Source of the DNA: an uncultured Candidatus Saccharibacteria bacterium
Lineage (GTDB): Bacteria; Patescibacteriota; Saccharimonadia; Saccharimonadales; JALRHH01
Length of the DNA stretch: 64,000 nt
Assembly: GCA_964474995.1 (NCBI GenBank)
Contig: CAYYUY010000005.1
Span: 7,816-71,815, forward strand
Reading direction: 5' to 3'
Part shown: piece after piece, positions 40,010 to 49,625 of the stretch
Numbering within the stretch: position 1 is the first letter of the stretch
Layout: every line of letters begins with the position of its first letter
The notes under the pieces: generated by a model
The model's database searches: none
Told to the model about the DNA's origin: nothing
Seen by the model: only the letters and a program-made list of their open reading frames with translations
Position numbers and translations under genes: made by a program

Positions 40010-40453
40010 ATGTCCCTACATGATCACGCCATTTTTCAAGTAACTATCAAAACACTACTGCATCGTGATGGTGAGATTCTTGCACTCACAACGCAAGATG
40101 GCTATGTTGACTTTCCTGGCGGCCGTATAGATAAGTCAGAAGTGGGTTTGGCGACCACAGAGGTCTTGCATCGTGAGCTCAGCGAAGAACTGGGTAAGAC
40201 TTTGGAATTTAGTATTCAAGATATCGCTTTTATTTCCAAGAGACAGTATAACAGAGGCGATGTGGCCATAAATGTACTCGCAATCTACTACAATACTGAG
40301 TACATACGTGGTGACGTAGTACTATCAGATGAACATGCCAAGTACCGCTGGATAAAGCCGACTGAACTCTTACGAGAGTCAGAAAAGTTCATGTCGCAGG
40401 ATGAGTTTGTACAGTTTGGCCAGTACATATCGCGATCAATCACAAAGTCATAA
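40010..40453 (+). CDS. NUDIX hydrolase
   Basis: FPGGRID...RELSEELG Nudix box, LSDEH. Confidence 0.88.
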   Translation: MSLHDHAIFQVTIKTLLHRDGEILALTTQDGYVDFPGGRIDKSEVGLATTEVLHRELSEELGKTLEFSIQDIAFISKRQYNRGDVAINVLAIYYNTEYIRGDVVLSDEHAKYRWIKPTELLRESEKFMSQDEFVQFGQYISRSITKS

Positions 40454-40473
40454 GCATGGTATAGTTGTAGGTA

Positions 40474-40875
40474 ATGAAGAAGACATCCCTCATCATTGCG
40501 GCCTTCGTGTTAGTTACAGGTCTCGTAGTGTTCGGGACATATGCTGTTGCAGACAAGTTCTTGGCTCGTAAGACAATTGACACTGAATGCGTGCTGTCAG
40601 GCAAAAAACATACTGCCACCATCCAAAACGGCGTCATATCACCTGCAAACACCATAGCGAAACGCTGCGACAGTCTAACGATTATCAACAAAGATACTAA
40701 GCCCCGAGAAATTGCATTTGGCCAGCATGATCGTCACGTAGTGTACGACGGTGTGACCGAGCGAATACTCAAGCAAAATGAGAGCTTCACAGTAACACTC
40801 AAAAAAACAGGCACGTTCTTGTTTCATGATCACTTACAGGACGAAACAGCCGGCACTATGACTATTCACCCCTAA
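40474..40875 (+). CDS. Exported cupredoxin-fold protein
   Basis: Signal/TM segment; CDSLTIINKD, FGQHDRH, GTFLFHDHL; paralog of the CyoD C-terminal domain. Confidence 0.75.
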   Translation: MKKTSLIIAAFVLVTGLVVFGTYAVADKFLARKTIDTECVLSGKKHTATIQNGVISPANTIAKRCDSLTIINKDTKPREIAFGQHDRHVVYDGVTERILKQNESFTVTLKKTGTFLFHDHLQDETAGTMTIHP

Positions 40876-40889
40876 CGTATTGAGTCAGC

Positions 40890-41585
40890 CTATTGCTGAG
40901 TTACTGTAAAATCGCCGGCCGTCTCTTCTTGCAAATGATCGTGGAATTTATAGGTTCCCACTTCAGAAAGCGTTATTGTCTCGTTGTGTCCGCCACGAAT
41001 GATATATTCAGTCTGACCAGCGTAGGCCGTGTGGTGGGGGTGTTCTCCAAAAGCCACTTCCTTGATATCGCTATCCTTATTACTGAACGTCAGCGTATCA
41101 CACCGCTGTGCGTCGGTATGTAGTGGGGAAACCTTGTTGTCTTTGATGGTCACCAAGTGATTGGCGTGCTGACCTTCACAAGCACCGGTCTGCTGACCAC
41201 CTATCTGAGAAATATTCTCATCATTCACGAGTGACTTCACCTGATCAGACGGCATTTTATTGTAATGCAGGTTATTGATAATGATGACTGAGCCACCAAC
41301 GACGACCAAAATGAGACCAACGGTTGCTACAAAGAAATACAAATTCCACCTTGGTTTTGGCCCACGTCCCAAGTGCAAAAAGAATGTAATCTGAATGACC
41401 ATCTGCGTGACTGCAAAGCCTAATATCATTGCCAGTAACAACGAGCTAGATGCAGTATGGTGGACAATCATATAGTAGGGTATCAGCGTAAATACTAACG
41501 ATAATATGAACCCGATAACGTACGATGCCATTGTCCCGTGCTCGTGCTGCGGCTTGTGATGGTTGTCAGGTGCTATATGGCTCAT
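40890..41585 (-). CDS. cyoD: Cytochrome bo3 oxidase subunit IV fused to a cupredoxin-like domain
   Basis: SYVIGFILSLVFTLIP, FFLHL, WN, GSVII; then ~100 aa with CDTLTFSNKD, FGEHPHH, GTYKFHDHL; ATG 41585 overlaps the cyoC stop. Confidence 0.9.
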   Translation of the reverse strand: MSHIAPDNHHKPQHEHGTMASYVIGFILSLVFTLIPYYMIVHHTASSSLLLAMILGFAVTQMVIQITFFLHLGRGPKPRWNLYFFVATVGLILVVVGGSVIIINNLHYNKMPSDQVKSLVNDENISQIGGQQTGACEGQHANHLVTIKDNKVSPLHTDAQRCDTLTFSNKDSDIKEVAFGEHPHHTAYAGQTEYIIRGGHNETITLSEVGTYKFHDHLQEETAGDFTVTQQ

Positions 41586-42181
41586 ACGAAGGCCCTCAAG
41601 TAGACAACTGTGAAGATAAAGATCCATACAATATCAAGGAAGTGCCAGAACAAGCTTAGTAGTGCTAGCTTACGTACGAGCGGCGCATTAAGGCCTCGTT
41701 TCATGACGAAGATCATCGTGATTGCCATCCATAAGAGTCCAGAAGTGATGTGTAGTCCATGCGTTCCAACAAGCACAAAGAATGAAGACAAGAACGCGCT
41801 GGTTTGCATGGTGTGACCTTCATGTATGAACGCGGCAAATTCTTTCAGCTCAAAGCTAAGGAAGGCGAGCCCGAGTATAAACGTCACACCAAACCATAGG
41901 AGTGTTTGGGTCTTCTGACGCTGTCTGGCGGCTATCATACCAAGCCCACACGTAAAGCTACTAGTGAGGAGAATGAGTGTCTCTGTCAGTGCCAACGGTA
42001 AGCTGAACAGTTGACGATCCGCTTCACCGCCTGCGGTGTTGCCGTGTAGTACTGCATATACTGCGAACAAGACCGAAAATATCAAAAGGTCAGTCATCAG
42101 ATACACCCAGAACCCAAACATAGTTCTGTCGTCGGCTTCAGCCTGATGGTCAGTTTTGTGAGTCATTTCGTGTGCTGTCAT
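41582..42181 (-). CDS. cyoC: Cytochrome bo3 oxidase subunit III
   Basis: FGFWVYLMTD, LVGTHGLH, FWHFLDIVWIFIFTVVY. Confidence 0.96.
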   Translation of the reverse strand: MTAHEMTHKTDHQAEADDRTMFGFWVYLMTDLLIFSVLFAVYAVLHGNTAGGEADRQLFSLPLALTETLILLTSSFTCGLGMIAARQRQKTQTLLWFGVTFILGLAFLSFELKEFAAFIHEGHTMQTSAFLSSFFVLVGTHGLHITSGLLWMAITMIFVMKRGLNAPLVRKLALLSLFWHFLDIVWIFIFTVVYLRAFV

Positions 42182-44268
42182 TTCTGTCCTGCTGTCTTTT
42201 TTCGTATCAACCCTAGACCGAAGGCGAGTACAACCTTTATAAGCTCGGTCAGGCTCATATCTTCACCAGTACCAGCGACGTGATCACGATCCAGTTCCTT
42301 GGTTTTCTTGATCCGCGCCTCTTCGAGTTTTTGTACTTCTGCAGCCGTAATCGTGTACTCAGTCTCATCGTTGAATGTACGGGCGACAAATACGGCGAGG
42401 ATACCAATCAGTGACACAACAACCATCCAGGTAATTTCCCACACAAAACCAAACCCAACAAAGAAAGCAAAAATCGCAATATATATACCCGTGGCAGTGT
42501 TCTTGGGAATATGAATATCTTCATATTCAGGTTTTTTAAGTCCTTGTTGCTTCATCTCTAAAAACGCATCACGGGTAGTGACCGTCGGGATAACGGTATA
42601 GTTATAGAACGGTGGAGGCGAGGCGGTTGACCATTCCAATGATCGTCCATCCCAGGGGTCACCTGTCGTATCACGAAGTCGGTTCTTCTGAATGAAGGTA
42701 GCTAGTATTTGTGCGAGCTGCAAGGCTACACCAATCATAATAACAATGCCACCGAGCAGCATAATTATGAATAGTGGCTGCCACCCAGTTGACGCTTCAT
42801 AGTGATCCATTCGCCTAGTTGCGCCCATAATTCCAAGCACAAACATCGGAATAAATGACATACAGAAGCCAACCATCCAGCACCAAAATGCTTGGCGGCC
42901 AATCCGCTCGTTGAGCTTAAGCCCTGTGAATTTCGGGAACCAGTAGGCGATTCCACAGAAGATACCAAACAGTACGCCACCGATGACAGTAGAATGGAAA
43001 TGCGCAACCAAGAACAAGCTATTGTGCAACTGGAAATCGGCTGGTGGTACTGCCAATATAACGCCGGTACTGCCCCCGATTGAAAATATAGATATGAATC
43101 CAAGGAACCATAGCATCGGTGTCTCAAACCGTATCCGGCCCTTATGCATGGTGGCTATCCAGGTGAACACCAACACGGACGTTGGTATAGCAATAATCAA
43201 TGTCATAACGCCAAAGAAGGCGTTGACATCTGCGCTTGCACCCATAGTAAAGAAGTGGTGTAGCCACACAGACAGCGCAAACGTAGAAACACCGATCATG
43301 CCTAGTACGTTTGATGTGTAACTCGCGATGGGTTTGCGACTAAACGTTGTAACGACCTCAGAGAACACACCAAAAGCTGGGAGGATCAACACATACACCT
43401 CAGGATGTCCCCACATCCAGATAAGGTTGGAGTACATCATAGGGTCCCCACCACCGAGGGTGGTAAAGAAGTGTGTACCAAAGTAACGATCAAAAAACAT
43501 CAGGAAAAGCGTTGCGGTCAAGAGTGGGAATATCGTTACGGCCATGAACATACTACACAGTGAACCCCAGGTAAACAACGGCATCTTCCAGAGCGTCATG
43601 CCTTTTGCGCGCATCTTTAAAATAGTCATAATGAAGTTAATGGCACCAAGTGTCGTACCAACCCCGGCAATCTGCAGACTCCATATCCAATAGTCCACTC
43701 CAACTCCCGGACTAAACTGTTTCCCTGACAGTGGCGCAATCGCCAACCAGCCTGTAGCCGCATACTCTCCACCAAAGAGGAAGAACATATTTACCATCAC
43801 CACACCACCGACATACAGCCAAAATCCCAAGGTATTCAGAAACGGTGATGCCAAGTCACGTGCGCCAATCTGTAGGGGCACGATGTAGTTAATCAGGCCA
43901 AATATAAATGCCATAGCCACAAAGAACACCATAATGTTGCCGTGAGCTGTAAAGATCTGCTGAAAGTGATCTGACGAGAGATATCCATGTGAGCTACCAG
44001 AAGAGAAAGCTTGCTGGAGCCAGATCATAATTGCGTCGAGGCCCCCACGTAGCAGCATCAGCCCACCGACGATAAAGTACATGATACCGATTTTCTTTGG
44101 GTCAACTGACGTTAGCCACTCTTTCCAGAGCCACTTCCATCGTTTTGTCTTGGTAAGATACAGAACAACCAGCAAGGCTGCTACAAAAAATGCACCCGAG
44201 CCACCAATAGTAAACCACTCGTGTGGCAGGGCATGTTTATCTAGTTTTCCGAGTAAAAATTCTTTCAT
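42178..44268 (-). CDS. cyoB: Cytochrome bo3-type quinol oxidase subunit I
   Basis: FTAHG, WGHPEVY, WLHH, VAHFH metal ligands; quinol site R..D (RGGLD) and H..Q. Confidence 0.97.
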   Translation of the reverse strand: MKEFLLGKLDKHALPHEWFTIGGSGAFFVAALLVVLYLTKTKRWKWLWKEWLTSVDPKKIGIMYFIVGGLMLLRGGLDAIMIWLQQAFSSGSSHGYLSSDHFQQIFTAHGNIMVFFVAMAFIFGLINYIVPLQIGARDLASPFLNTLGFWLYVGGVVMVNMFFLFGGEYAATGWLAIAPLSGKQFSPGVGVDYWIWSLQIAGVGTTLGAINFIMTILKMRAKGMTLWKMPLFTWGSLCSMFMAVTIFPLLTATLFLMFFDRYFGTHFFTTLGGGDPMMYSNLIWMWGHPEVYVLILPAFGVFSEVVTTFSRKPIASYTSNVLGMIGVSTFALSVWLHHFFTMGASADVNAFFGVMTLIIAIPTSVLVFTWIATMHKGRIRFETPMLWFLGFISIFSIGGSTGVILAVPPADFQLHNSLFLVAHFHSTVIGGVLFGIFCGIAYWFPKFTGLKLNERIGRQAFWCWMVGFCMSFIPMFVLGIMGATRRMDHYEASTGWQPLFIIMLLGGIVIMIGVALQLAQILATFIQKNRLRDTTGDPWDGRSLEWSTASPPPFYNYTVIPTVTTRDAFLEMKQQGLKKPEYEDIHIPKNTATGIYIAIFAFFVGFGFVWEITWMVVVSLIGILAVFVARTFNDETEYTITAAEVQKLEEARIKKTKELDRDHVAGTGEDMSLTELIKVVLAFGLGLIRKKTAGQK

Positions 44269-45173
44269 TCTTGATGTCCATGGCCTTCCATTGAGTCCAT
44301 GTATTTCATAACCACTTTATCATACAAGCCGTCATCAAATGACGAATAGAAAGCGACTGGATTGTTCTGGCTTGGCTTTACGAGATTTGCGTATGTGGCG
44401 GCATCAAGCACGTCATGGGACTGCCGCACTCCCTGGGCCCATGAATTAAAATCTTCTGTCGTACTAACGCGAGCGGTGAATTTCATTCCCGTAAAACCGG
44501 CGCCATTTAGTTCGGCTGAGCTACCACGATAGTCACCAGGTGTTTCGGCCATCAGATTCAGTCGGTTTACATGCCCGGTCATCGAATACAGCTGACCAGC
44601 AAGATTCGGAATCCAAAACGAACTCATTGGTGTTTCGTCAGCAGTGAGCTCAAATACGACTGGTGTGTCTGTAGGAATTTGGACAAAGTTTACTGTCGCA
44701 ATCTTCTGCTCAGGGTACAGGAAAACCCACTTCCAGCGCATAGACACAACTTGGATCGTAATCGGCGTTTTGCCACCAGCAATCGCTCTTTGTGGTTCTA
44801 GCTTGTGAGTAGCTGGCCACATCACCAGTCCAATTATCACCATAGTTGTAGTTGGAAGGAGCCACGTGATGGCAGTAACTCGTTTGCTGCTATGCGCACT
44901 AGGATCGTGAACTGCTTTTGTGTTCGATTCTCTGTATTTCCAAGCCGTAAAGAAAAGCAAAAATAGCGTAGGAACAACAACCGCTACTAATGTAAGTACA
45001 GTAAATACAATTAGGCTCCGTTGCTCGTGAGCAATTAACCCCCTTGAGTCGAATAATGCAATATTTTTATCATGTATCAGATACGTGATGAGCCATGCAA
45101 ATTCAGCCAATAACAGGGGTATGTACCACGCGAGCCAACCGTGACCATGTCTTTTCTTCTTTATTTCTGACAT
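44265..45173 (-). CDS. cyoA: Cytochrome bo3 oxidase subunit II
   Basis: WKYRESN, WKWVFLYP, SFWIPNLAGQLYSM, GAGFTGMKF; no CuA ligands. Confidence 0.95.
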   Translation of the reverse strand: MSEIKKKRHGHGWLAWYIPLLLAEFAWLITYLIHDKNIALFDSRGLIAHEQRSLIVFTVLTLVAVVVPTLFLLFFTAWKYRESNTKAVHDPSAHSSKRVTAITWLLPTTTMVIIGLVMWPATHKLEPQRAIAGGKTPITIQVVSMRWKWVFLYPEQKIATVNFVQIPTDTPVVFELTADETPMSSFWIPNLAGQLYSMTGHVNRLNLMAETPGDYRGSSAELNGAGFTGMKFTARVSTTEDFNSWAQGVRQSHDVLDAATYANLVKPSQNNPVAFYSSFDDGLYDKVVMKYMDSMEGHGHQE

Positions 45174-45383
45174 TTATCTGTCTCCATTAGGGCATAAGCG
45201 TAATCTTAATCATAACTATACCATAGCCCACAATTGCTCGGGAATCTCAGTGCCCGTAGTAGATTCAGCATGCGGTCCAGGTCTACCCATTACTGGTGGT
45301 ATACTCATAGGAACGACTAACGTTTACTGATCGAATTCGTCATGTTCGACACCCTAATAAAGAATGGATAATGGAGTCTACTT

Positions 45384-46247
45384 GTGTCCGGAAATCTAAA
45401 AGCTTACTACATTCTCACAAAGCCGGGCATCGTGCGCGGTAACGCACTAACCGCAATCGCCGGCTATCTATTTGCCACCAAGTTCCACATGCATTTTCCT
45501 ACCTTTATCGCAATGCTAACTGGGCTAAGCATGATAATTGCATGTGGCTGTGTCTACAATAACTACCTTGACCGTGATATTGACAGCAAAATGGCCCGCA
45601 CTAAGAAACGAGGGCTAGTAACCGGCCATATCTCCGTCCGAAATGCCTTAGTGTTCGGCACTGCTTTGGGTGTGCTGGGCAGCATCATACTCGTCAAATA
45701 TACCAATGAGCTGACTGCCTACGTTGCGTTGTTCGGGCTGTGGGCATACGTTGTTCTTTATGGCTACGGGAAGCGGATGAGTGTACATGGGACGCTTATT
45801 GGTAGTATTTCGGGCGCCATACCTCCCGTTGTGGGCTACGTTGCAGCCACCAATCGTATCGACACGGCAGCAGTCTTGTTGTTCATCATTTTGGTGTCTT
45901 GGCAGATGCCACACTTCTATGCGATCGCTATGTATAGGGCTAAGGATTACGCGGCTGCCAAGATACCAGTACTCCCTGTCTCAAAAGGCATGCTGGCTGC
46001 CAAGCGACAAACGCTTGCGTATATTATCAGCTTCATCATTGCGTCACTCCTACTGACAATTTATGGCTACACAGGCTATATCTACGCCGTTATTATGACG
46101 CTGCTTGGCATACTGTGGTTCCATCGAGGTATCAAGTTGTTCAATACTGTGGACGATGAAAAATGGGGCAAAAAAATGTTCTTGTTTTCGTTGGTTATCA
46201 TTAGTGCCGCGAGCCTCATGATTCCACTCGGCACCGTTCTTCCGTAA
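45384..46247 (+). CDS. cyoE: Protoheme IX farnesyltransferase (heme o synthase)
   Basis: LTKPGI, NNYLDRDIDSKMARTKKR, GAIPPVVG, WQMPHF. Confidence 0.96.
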   Translation: MSGNLKAYYILTKPGIVRGNALTAIAGYLFATKFHMHFPTFIAMLTGLSMIIACGCVYNNYLDRDIDSKMARTKKRGLVTGHISVRNALVFGTALGVLGSIILVKYTNELTAYVALFGLWAYVVLYGYGKRMSVHGTLIGSISGAIPPVVGYVAATNRIDTAAVLLFIILVSWQMPHFYAIAMYRAKDYAAAKIPVLPVSKGMLAAKRQTLAYIISFIIASLLLTIYGYTGYIYAVIMTLLGILWFHRGIKLFNTVDDEKWGKKMFLFSLVIISAASLMIPLGTVLP

Positions 46248-46262
46248 GCACTCCGCAAAACA

Positions 46263-46294
46263 AAATACCCGTCCTGACTCCCGGACGGGTATTT
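46263..46294. terminator. Bidirectional terminator between cyoE and the glutaredoxin gene
   Basis: AAATACCCGTCC...GGACGGGTATTT. Confidence 0.75.
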
Positions 46295-46317
46295 ACTTGG
46301 GTCATACTTTTTTGAAG

Positions 46318-46566
46318 CTACAGTCCCAAGATTTGCTTAAACTTTCCCTGGTCAAACCCGCTAATTTTCGTGATAGTTCCGTCGCTGGCAGTAATTACTG
46401 TAAATGGTACACCAATCATGCCATCATTGATACCCATAAACTCGTCCATAACCGCAGGGTCAACATCGGTTATCTTCTTGGTATATTCGACGCCAACTTT
46501 ATCGAGCCAATTTGTCAAGGTATGACAAGCTGCACAGATTGAGGTTGAGTAGATTGTGATTTGCAT
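46318..46566 (-). CDS. Glutaredoxin/NrdH-like redoxin
   Basis: CAAC, GVPF, GFD. Confidence 0.88.
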   Translation of the reverse strand: MQITIYSTSICAACHTLTNWLDKVGVEYTKKITDVDPAVMDEFMGINDGMIGVPFTVITASDGTITKISGFDQGKFKQILGL

Positions 46567-46592
46567 GAGCTATTCTTTCTTCTTACATATTT

Positions 46593-48296
46593 TTAACTAC
46601 CGAATGTGAACACATTGAGCTCGGTACCATCGGGCACGATGAGATTCAATGTCTTGCCGCTGGTGAAGGCAGGGAAAGAAACGAGTCTGTAGAGTTGCGA
46701 CTCGCCAAATGTCACGGTACTGTTTTTGACATCACTGCCGGCATTGCCGGTCGTGGATATGAGCTGATTATCAAGCAGGGCTTTAATATCACGTGATGGG
46801 CTCGAGCCACCGACCAAGTACACATCTTTGGCTGCAACTTTGATACTCAACGTGCTATTACCACGCGCAATGATCTTGTCAGACTGAACTTCCCAGGTGC
46901 CGCCAAGTGTCCACTGATTGACTGCAAGATTAGTACTCGGTGTAAATGTAGACACAGCCGCAGCGCCGAGAGCGGGACTGCCGACATAGTTACTGGCTCG
47001 CTGTCTTCCAAGATACGTCTCTGGTGTTTGGCTCGCGGTAATTGGTGCCGCTGAACTCTTAGCCGCCATGGCAGTCTTGTCTAGGTTTTTGCCATTTTCT
47101 ATGAGTAGCTGACGAATCGCTTGTTCTGATTCTTGGTATTTTCCTTCGCCCTCATGTACACGGCGGACTTTGCCATTGGCATCGATCAGGTAACTTGCGG
47201 GCCATGAACGGTTGTCATAGGCGTTCCATGTATCAAAGTCGTTATCGAGCGCAACCGGGTAGGTAATATGCTGATCGTTGACGGCTTTTTTGACATTGGC
47301 TGGTATTTTCTCAAATGCGAACTCTGGCGCATGCACGCCGATCACGACAAAACCTTGATCTTTGTAGGTGTTATACCACTGCTCCAGGTACGGATTGTTA
47401 CGAATACAGTTGATGCAACTGTATGTCCAGAAATCAATAAGCACGACTTTGCCTTTGAGCTGCTTCATAGTTTGTGGGTTACTGTTGATCCACTGATTTA
47501 GTCCAGTAAACTCCGGGGCATCATACGATGTCACATTGTACAGCTTGGAATTATCAATCTTATTTTTACTACCAGGTAGTAGTTTAGAGCTAAGCGAATC
47601 AAAGTTCAGCGGCGTGTGTGTCGATACATACGTCTGGAACTTTTTGTCATAGCCCGTAAAGATCATGACACCAACGATAATAAACAGTATGGCCACCACT
47701 CGCTGAAAGAGGCCTTTTGGATCGCTGGCAAACTTAATTCGTCCAACAAACTGCTGTCCATAAAAACCAATTGCGAGCAGCACAATACTGAGGCCGAGAA
47801 TATAGGAAATGATATAGGCCATGGCCTGTGCAAAGTTCGCAGGCAAGACCGTAGCAAGGATATATGCGTAGACGGGGCTGCAGCTCGAAAATACGGGTCC
47901 AAGGACAGCACCAGTAATAATTGGGCCGACAATGCTTTGTTTGTTCTGAAAGCTCTTGCCAAGTGCTGTCTGTGTTCGGTGTTCAATGCCCAGCTTGGCA
48001 ATGATTTTGGCATAGAGCATTGGAAATAGCGTGACGATTCCAAGAATAATAATTATGACGCCTGAGAAGTATGTAATTGAACGAGGCGGGATATTAATCA
48101 GCAGTGTTGTGGCTTTGAGCAGAAGCGTAAACAAAAGCAGGGAAACGCCAAGCGAGGCGGCAATAAGGAAGGGACGCTTCTTGTCCTTGGTGTCACCAGT
48201 TACCGATCCACCAATAATAATCGGGAGGAGTGGCAATACGCAAGGTGCGAGTACGGTGAGAATGCCAGCTATAAAAGCGCTGAAGAGTAAGAACAT
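46593..48296 (-). CDS. dipZ: DipZ-like protein (CcdA/DsbD TM domain + thioredoxin + C-terminal beta domain)
   Basis: APCVLP, SSCSP, DFWTYSCINC, GVHAPEF, WPA, TPETYLG, FTFG. Confidence 0.9.
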   Translation of the reverse strand: MFLLFSAFIAGILTVLAPCVLPLLPIIIGGSVTGDTKDKKRPFLIAASLGVSLLLFTLLLKATTLLINIPPRSITYFSGVIIIILGIVTLFPMLYAKIIAKLGIEHRTQTALGKSFQNKQSIVGPIITGAVLGPVFSSCSPVYAYILATVLPANFAQAMAYIISYILGLSIVLLAIGFYGQQFVGRIKFASDPKGLFQRVVAILFIIVGVMIFTGYDKKFQTYVSTHTPLNFDSLSSKLLPGSKNKIDNSKLYNVTSYDAPEFTGLNQWINSNPQTMKQLKGKVVLIDFWTYSCINCIRNNPYLEQWYNTYKDQGFVVIGVHAPEFAFEKIPANVKKAVNDQHITYPVALDNDFDTWNAYDNRSWPASYLIDANGKVRRVHEGEGKYQESEQAIRQLLIENGKNLDKTAMAAKSSAAPITASQTPETYLGRQRASNYVGSPALGAAAVSTFTPSTNLAVNQWTLGGTWEVQSDKIIARGNSTLSIKVAAKDVYLVGGSSPSRDIKALLDNQLISTTGNAGSDVKNSTVTFGESQLYRLVSFPAFTSGKTLNLIVPDGTELNVFTFGS

Positions 48297-48331
48297 GATG
48301 CGTATACCTCGTTAGAATTTGAATTATCGTA

Positions 48332-48360
48332 GCGCGGCGCCGATTTTGTCGGCGCCGCGT
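48332..48360. other. Strong GC hairpin without U-tract between the fasciclin and dipZ genes
   Basis: GCGCGGCGCCGA-TTTTG-TCGGCGCCGCGT. Confidence 0.65.
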
Positions 48361-48376
48361 AGGTTGATCCGAAGAT

Positions 48377-49006
48377 CTACTGCATCAAGACAGCAGTAAT
48401 AACGTGAGTTACACCGTTGCTCGAGATGACATCAGGAGTTTGGATGGTAACTTTGTTACCCTTTGCATCCTGAATTTCTAACTGGTTATCAACCATGACA
48501 GGGGTAAGAATACCGCCCTGTACGGTTGTCAGTGTCTGACCCTTTTCGGCCATAACCTTGAGTGCTGCAGTGGTGTAGGTACCAGGCACAACGTGGTAGG
48601 TTAGGATACCAACAAGTGTGGCCTTGTTTTCTGGCTTCAGTAACGTGTCAACGGTACCTGCAGGCAAAGCTGCAAATGCATCGTTGTTTGGTGCAAAGAC
48701 AGTGAATGGACCTTCACTCTTTAGTGTGTCAACAAGTCCAGCTGCCTTAACAGCTGCCACGACAGTTGTTACGTTTTTAGCGTTGATAGCGTTGTCAACA
48801 ATGTCCTTTGTACGAACCATCTTGGCGCCACCAACGGTTACACCGTCAGATCCAGCGTCAGTTGCAACCATCTTGCTGTCAGAGCTCTTTGCAGAGTCGT
48901 CTTTCATGTTGTTGCCAATTGCATAGCCACCAGCGCCACCGACGATAACAGCAATAATGCCGATAACGAGTGCACTGGCTGTGCCTGCTTGATTAAGTTT
49001 GCTCAT
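48377..49006 (-). CDS. Fasciclin (FAS1) domain protein, MPT70/MPT83-like
   Basis: AAGLVDTL, FTVFAPNNDAF, ILTYHVV, SNGVTHVI; N-terminal TM; GGGAGG SD before ATG 49006. Confidence 0.93.
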   Translation of the reverse strand: MSKLNQAGTASALVIGIIAVIVGGAGGYAIGNNMKDDSAKSSDSKMVATDAGSDGVTVGGAKMVRTKDIVDNAINAKNVTTVVAAVKAAGLVDTLKSEGPFTVFAPNNDAFAALPAGTVDTLLKPENKATLVGILTYHVVPGTYTTAALKVMAEKGQTLTTVQGGILTPVMVDNQLEIQDAKGNKVTIQTPDVISSNGVTHVITAVLMQ

Positions 49007-49041
49007 ATAGCCTCCCATTTGGGTTAGTAATAGTATTTGGC

Positions 49042-49072
49042 TTACTTTACTAAGTAAACTAACTATGATAGT
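49042..49072. promoter_or_regulatory. Candidate MarR operator palindromes
   Basis: TTACTT-TACT-AAGTAA and ACTAT-G-ATAGT in the divergent intergenic region. Confidence 0.45.
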
Positions 49073-49122
49073 ATGCCTATGTTAAAGTTGAGTCAAGGAA
49101 ATTCTACATAATCACCAAAGAT

Positions 49123-49557
49123 ATGGATCTACGTAACATTACAACCTATCAAGCAGGTGCCGTGCAGGCATCAATGCATCGATTACTACAGAAGCAGTGC
49201 GATGACATTCTTAAGCCATTTGGCATCACCAAGATGCAGTGGCTTATTATTGGTACGGTTCTAGATGCAGGAAAAAAGGGTATCCGTATCAGTGATCTTG
49301 CAGATAAACTAGCGACCACAATCGCATACTTGACTACCAGCATTAACTTACTTGAATCACGCGGTATGCTGGTTCGAAAAGATAATGCCAGTGACAGCCG
49401 ATCCAAACTGATCACCGTCAAACCGTCTTTTGTATCTACGTGCGAGAAGATAGAAGAGACTCTACGTGACGGCCTCCGCAAAACAATTTATGCAAATATT
49501 GATCCGGCAGAATTCCGTATTTATATGAAAGTTATGTATCAGCTCAACCAAAAGTAA
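49123..49557 (+). CDS. MarR family regulator
   Basis: GITKMQW, ISDLA, LESRGMLVR, DSRSK. Confidence 0.9.
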   Translation: MDLRNITTYQAGAVQASMHRLLQKQCDDILKPFGITKMQWLIIGTVLDAGKKGIRISDLADKLATTIAYLTTSINLLESRGMLVRKDNASDSRSKLITVKPSFVSTCEKIEETLRDGLRKTIYANIDPAEFRIYMKVMYQLNQK

Positions 49558-49570
49558 CTGCGAGACCTCA

Positions 49571-49608
49571 ATATAAAAAACAGCCCAGTTGCGGGCTGTT
49601 TTTTATAT
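49571..49608. terminator. Bidirectional terminator
   Basis: ATATAAAAAACAGCCC-AGTTGC-GGGCTGTTTTTTATAT. Confidence 0.88.
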
Positions 49609-49625
49609 ATAAAGAGTGGATGCGC

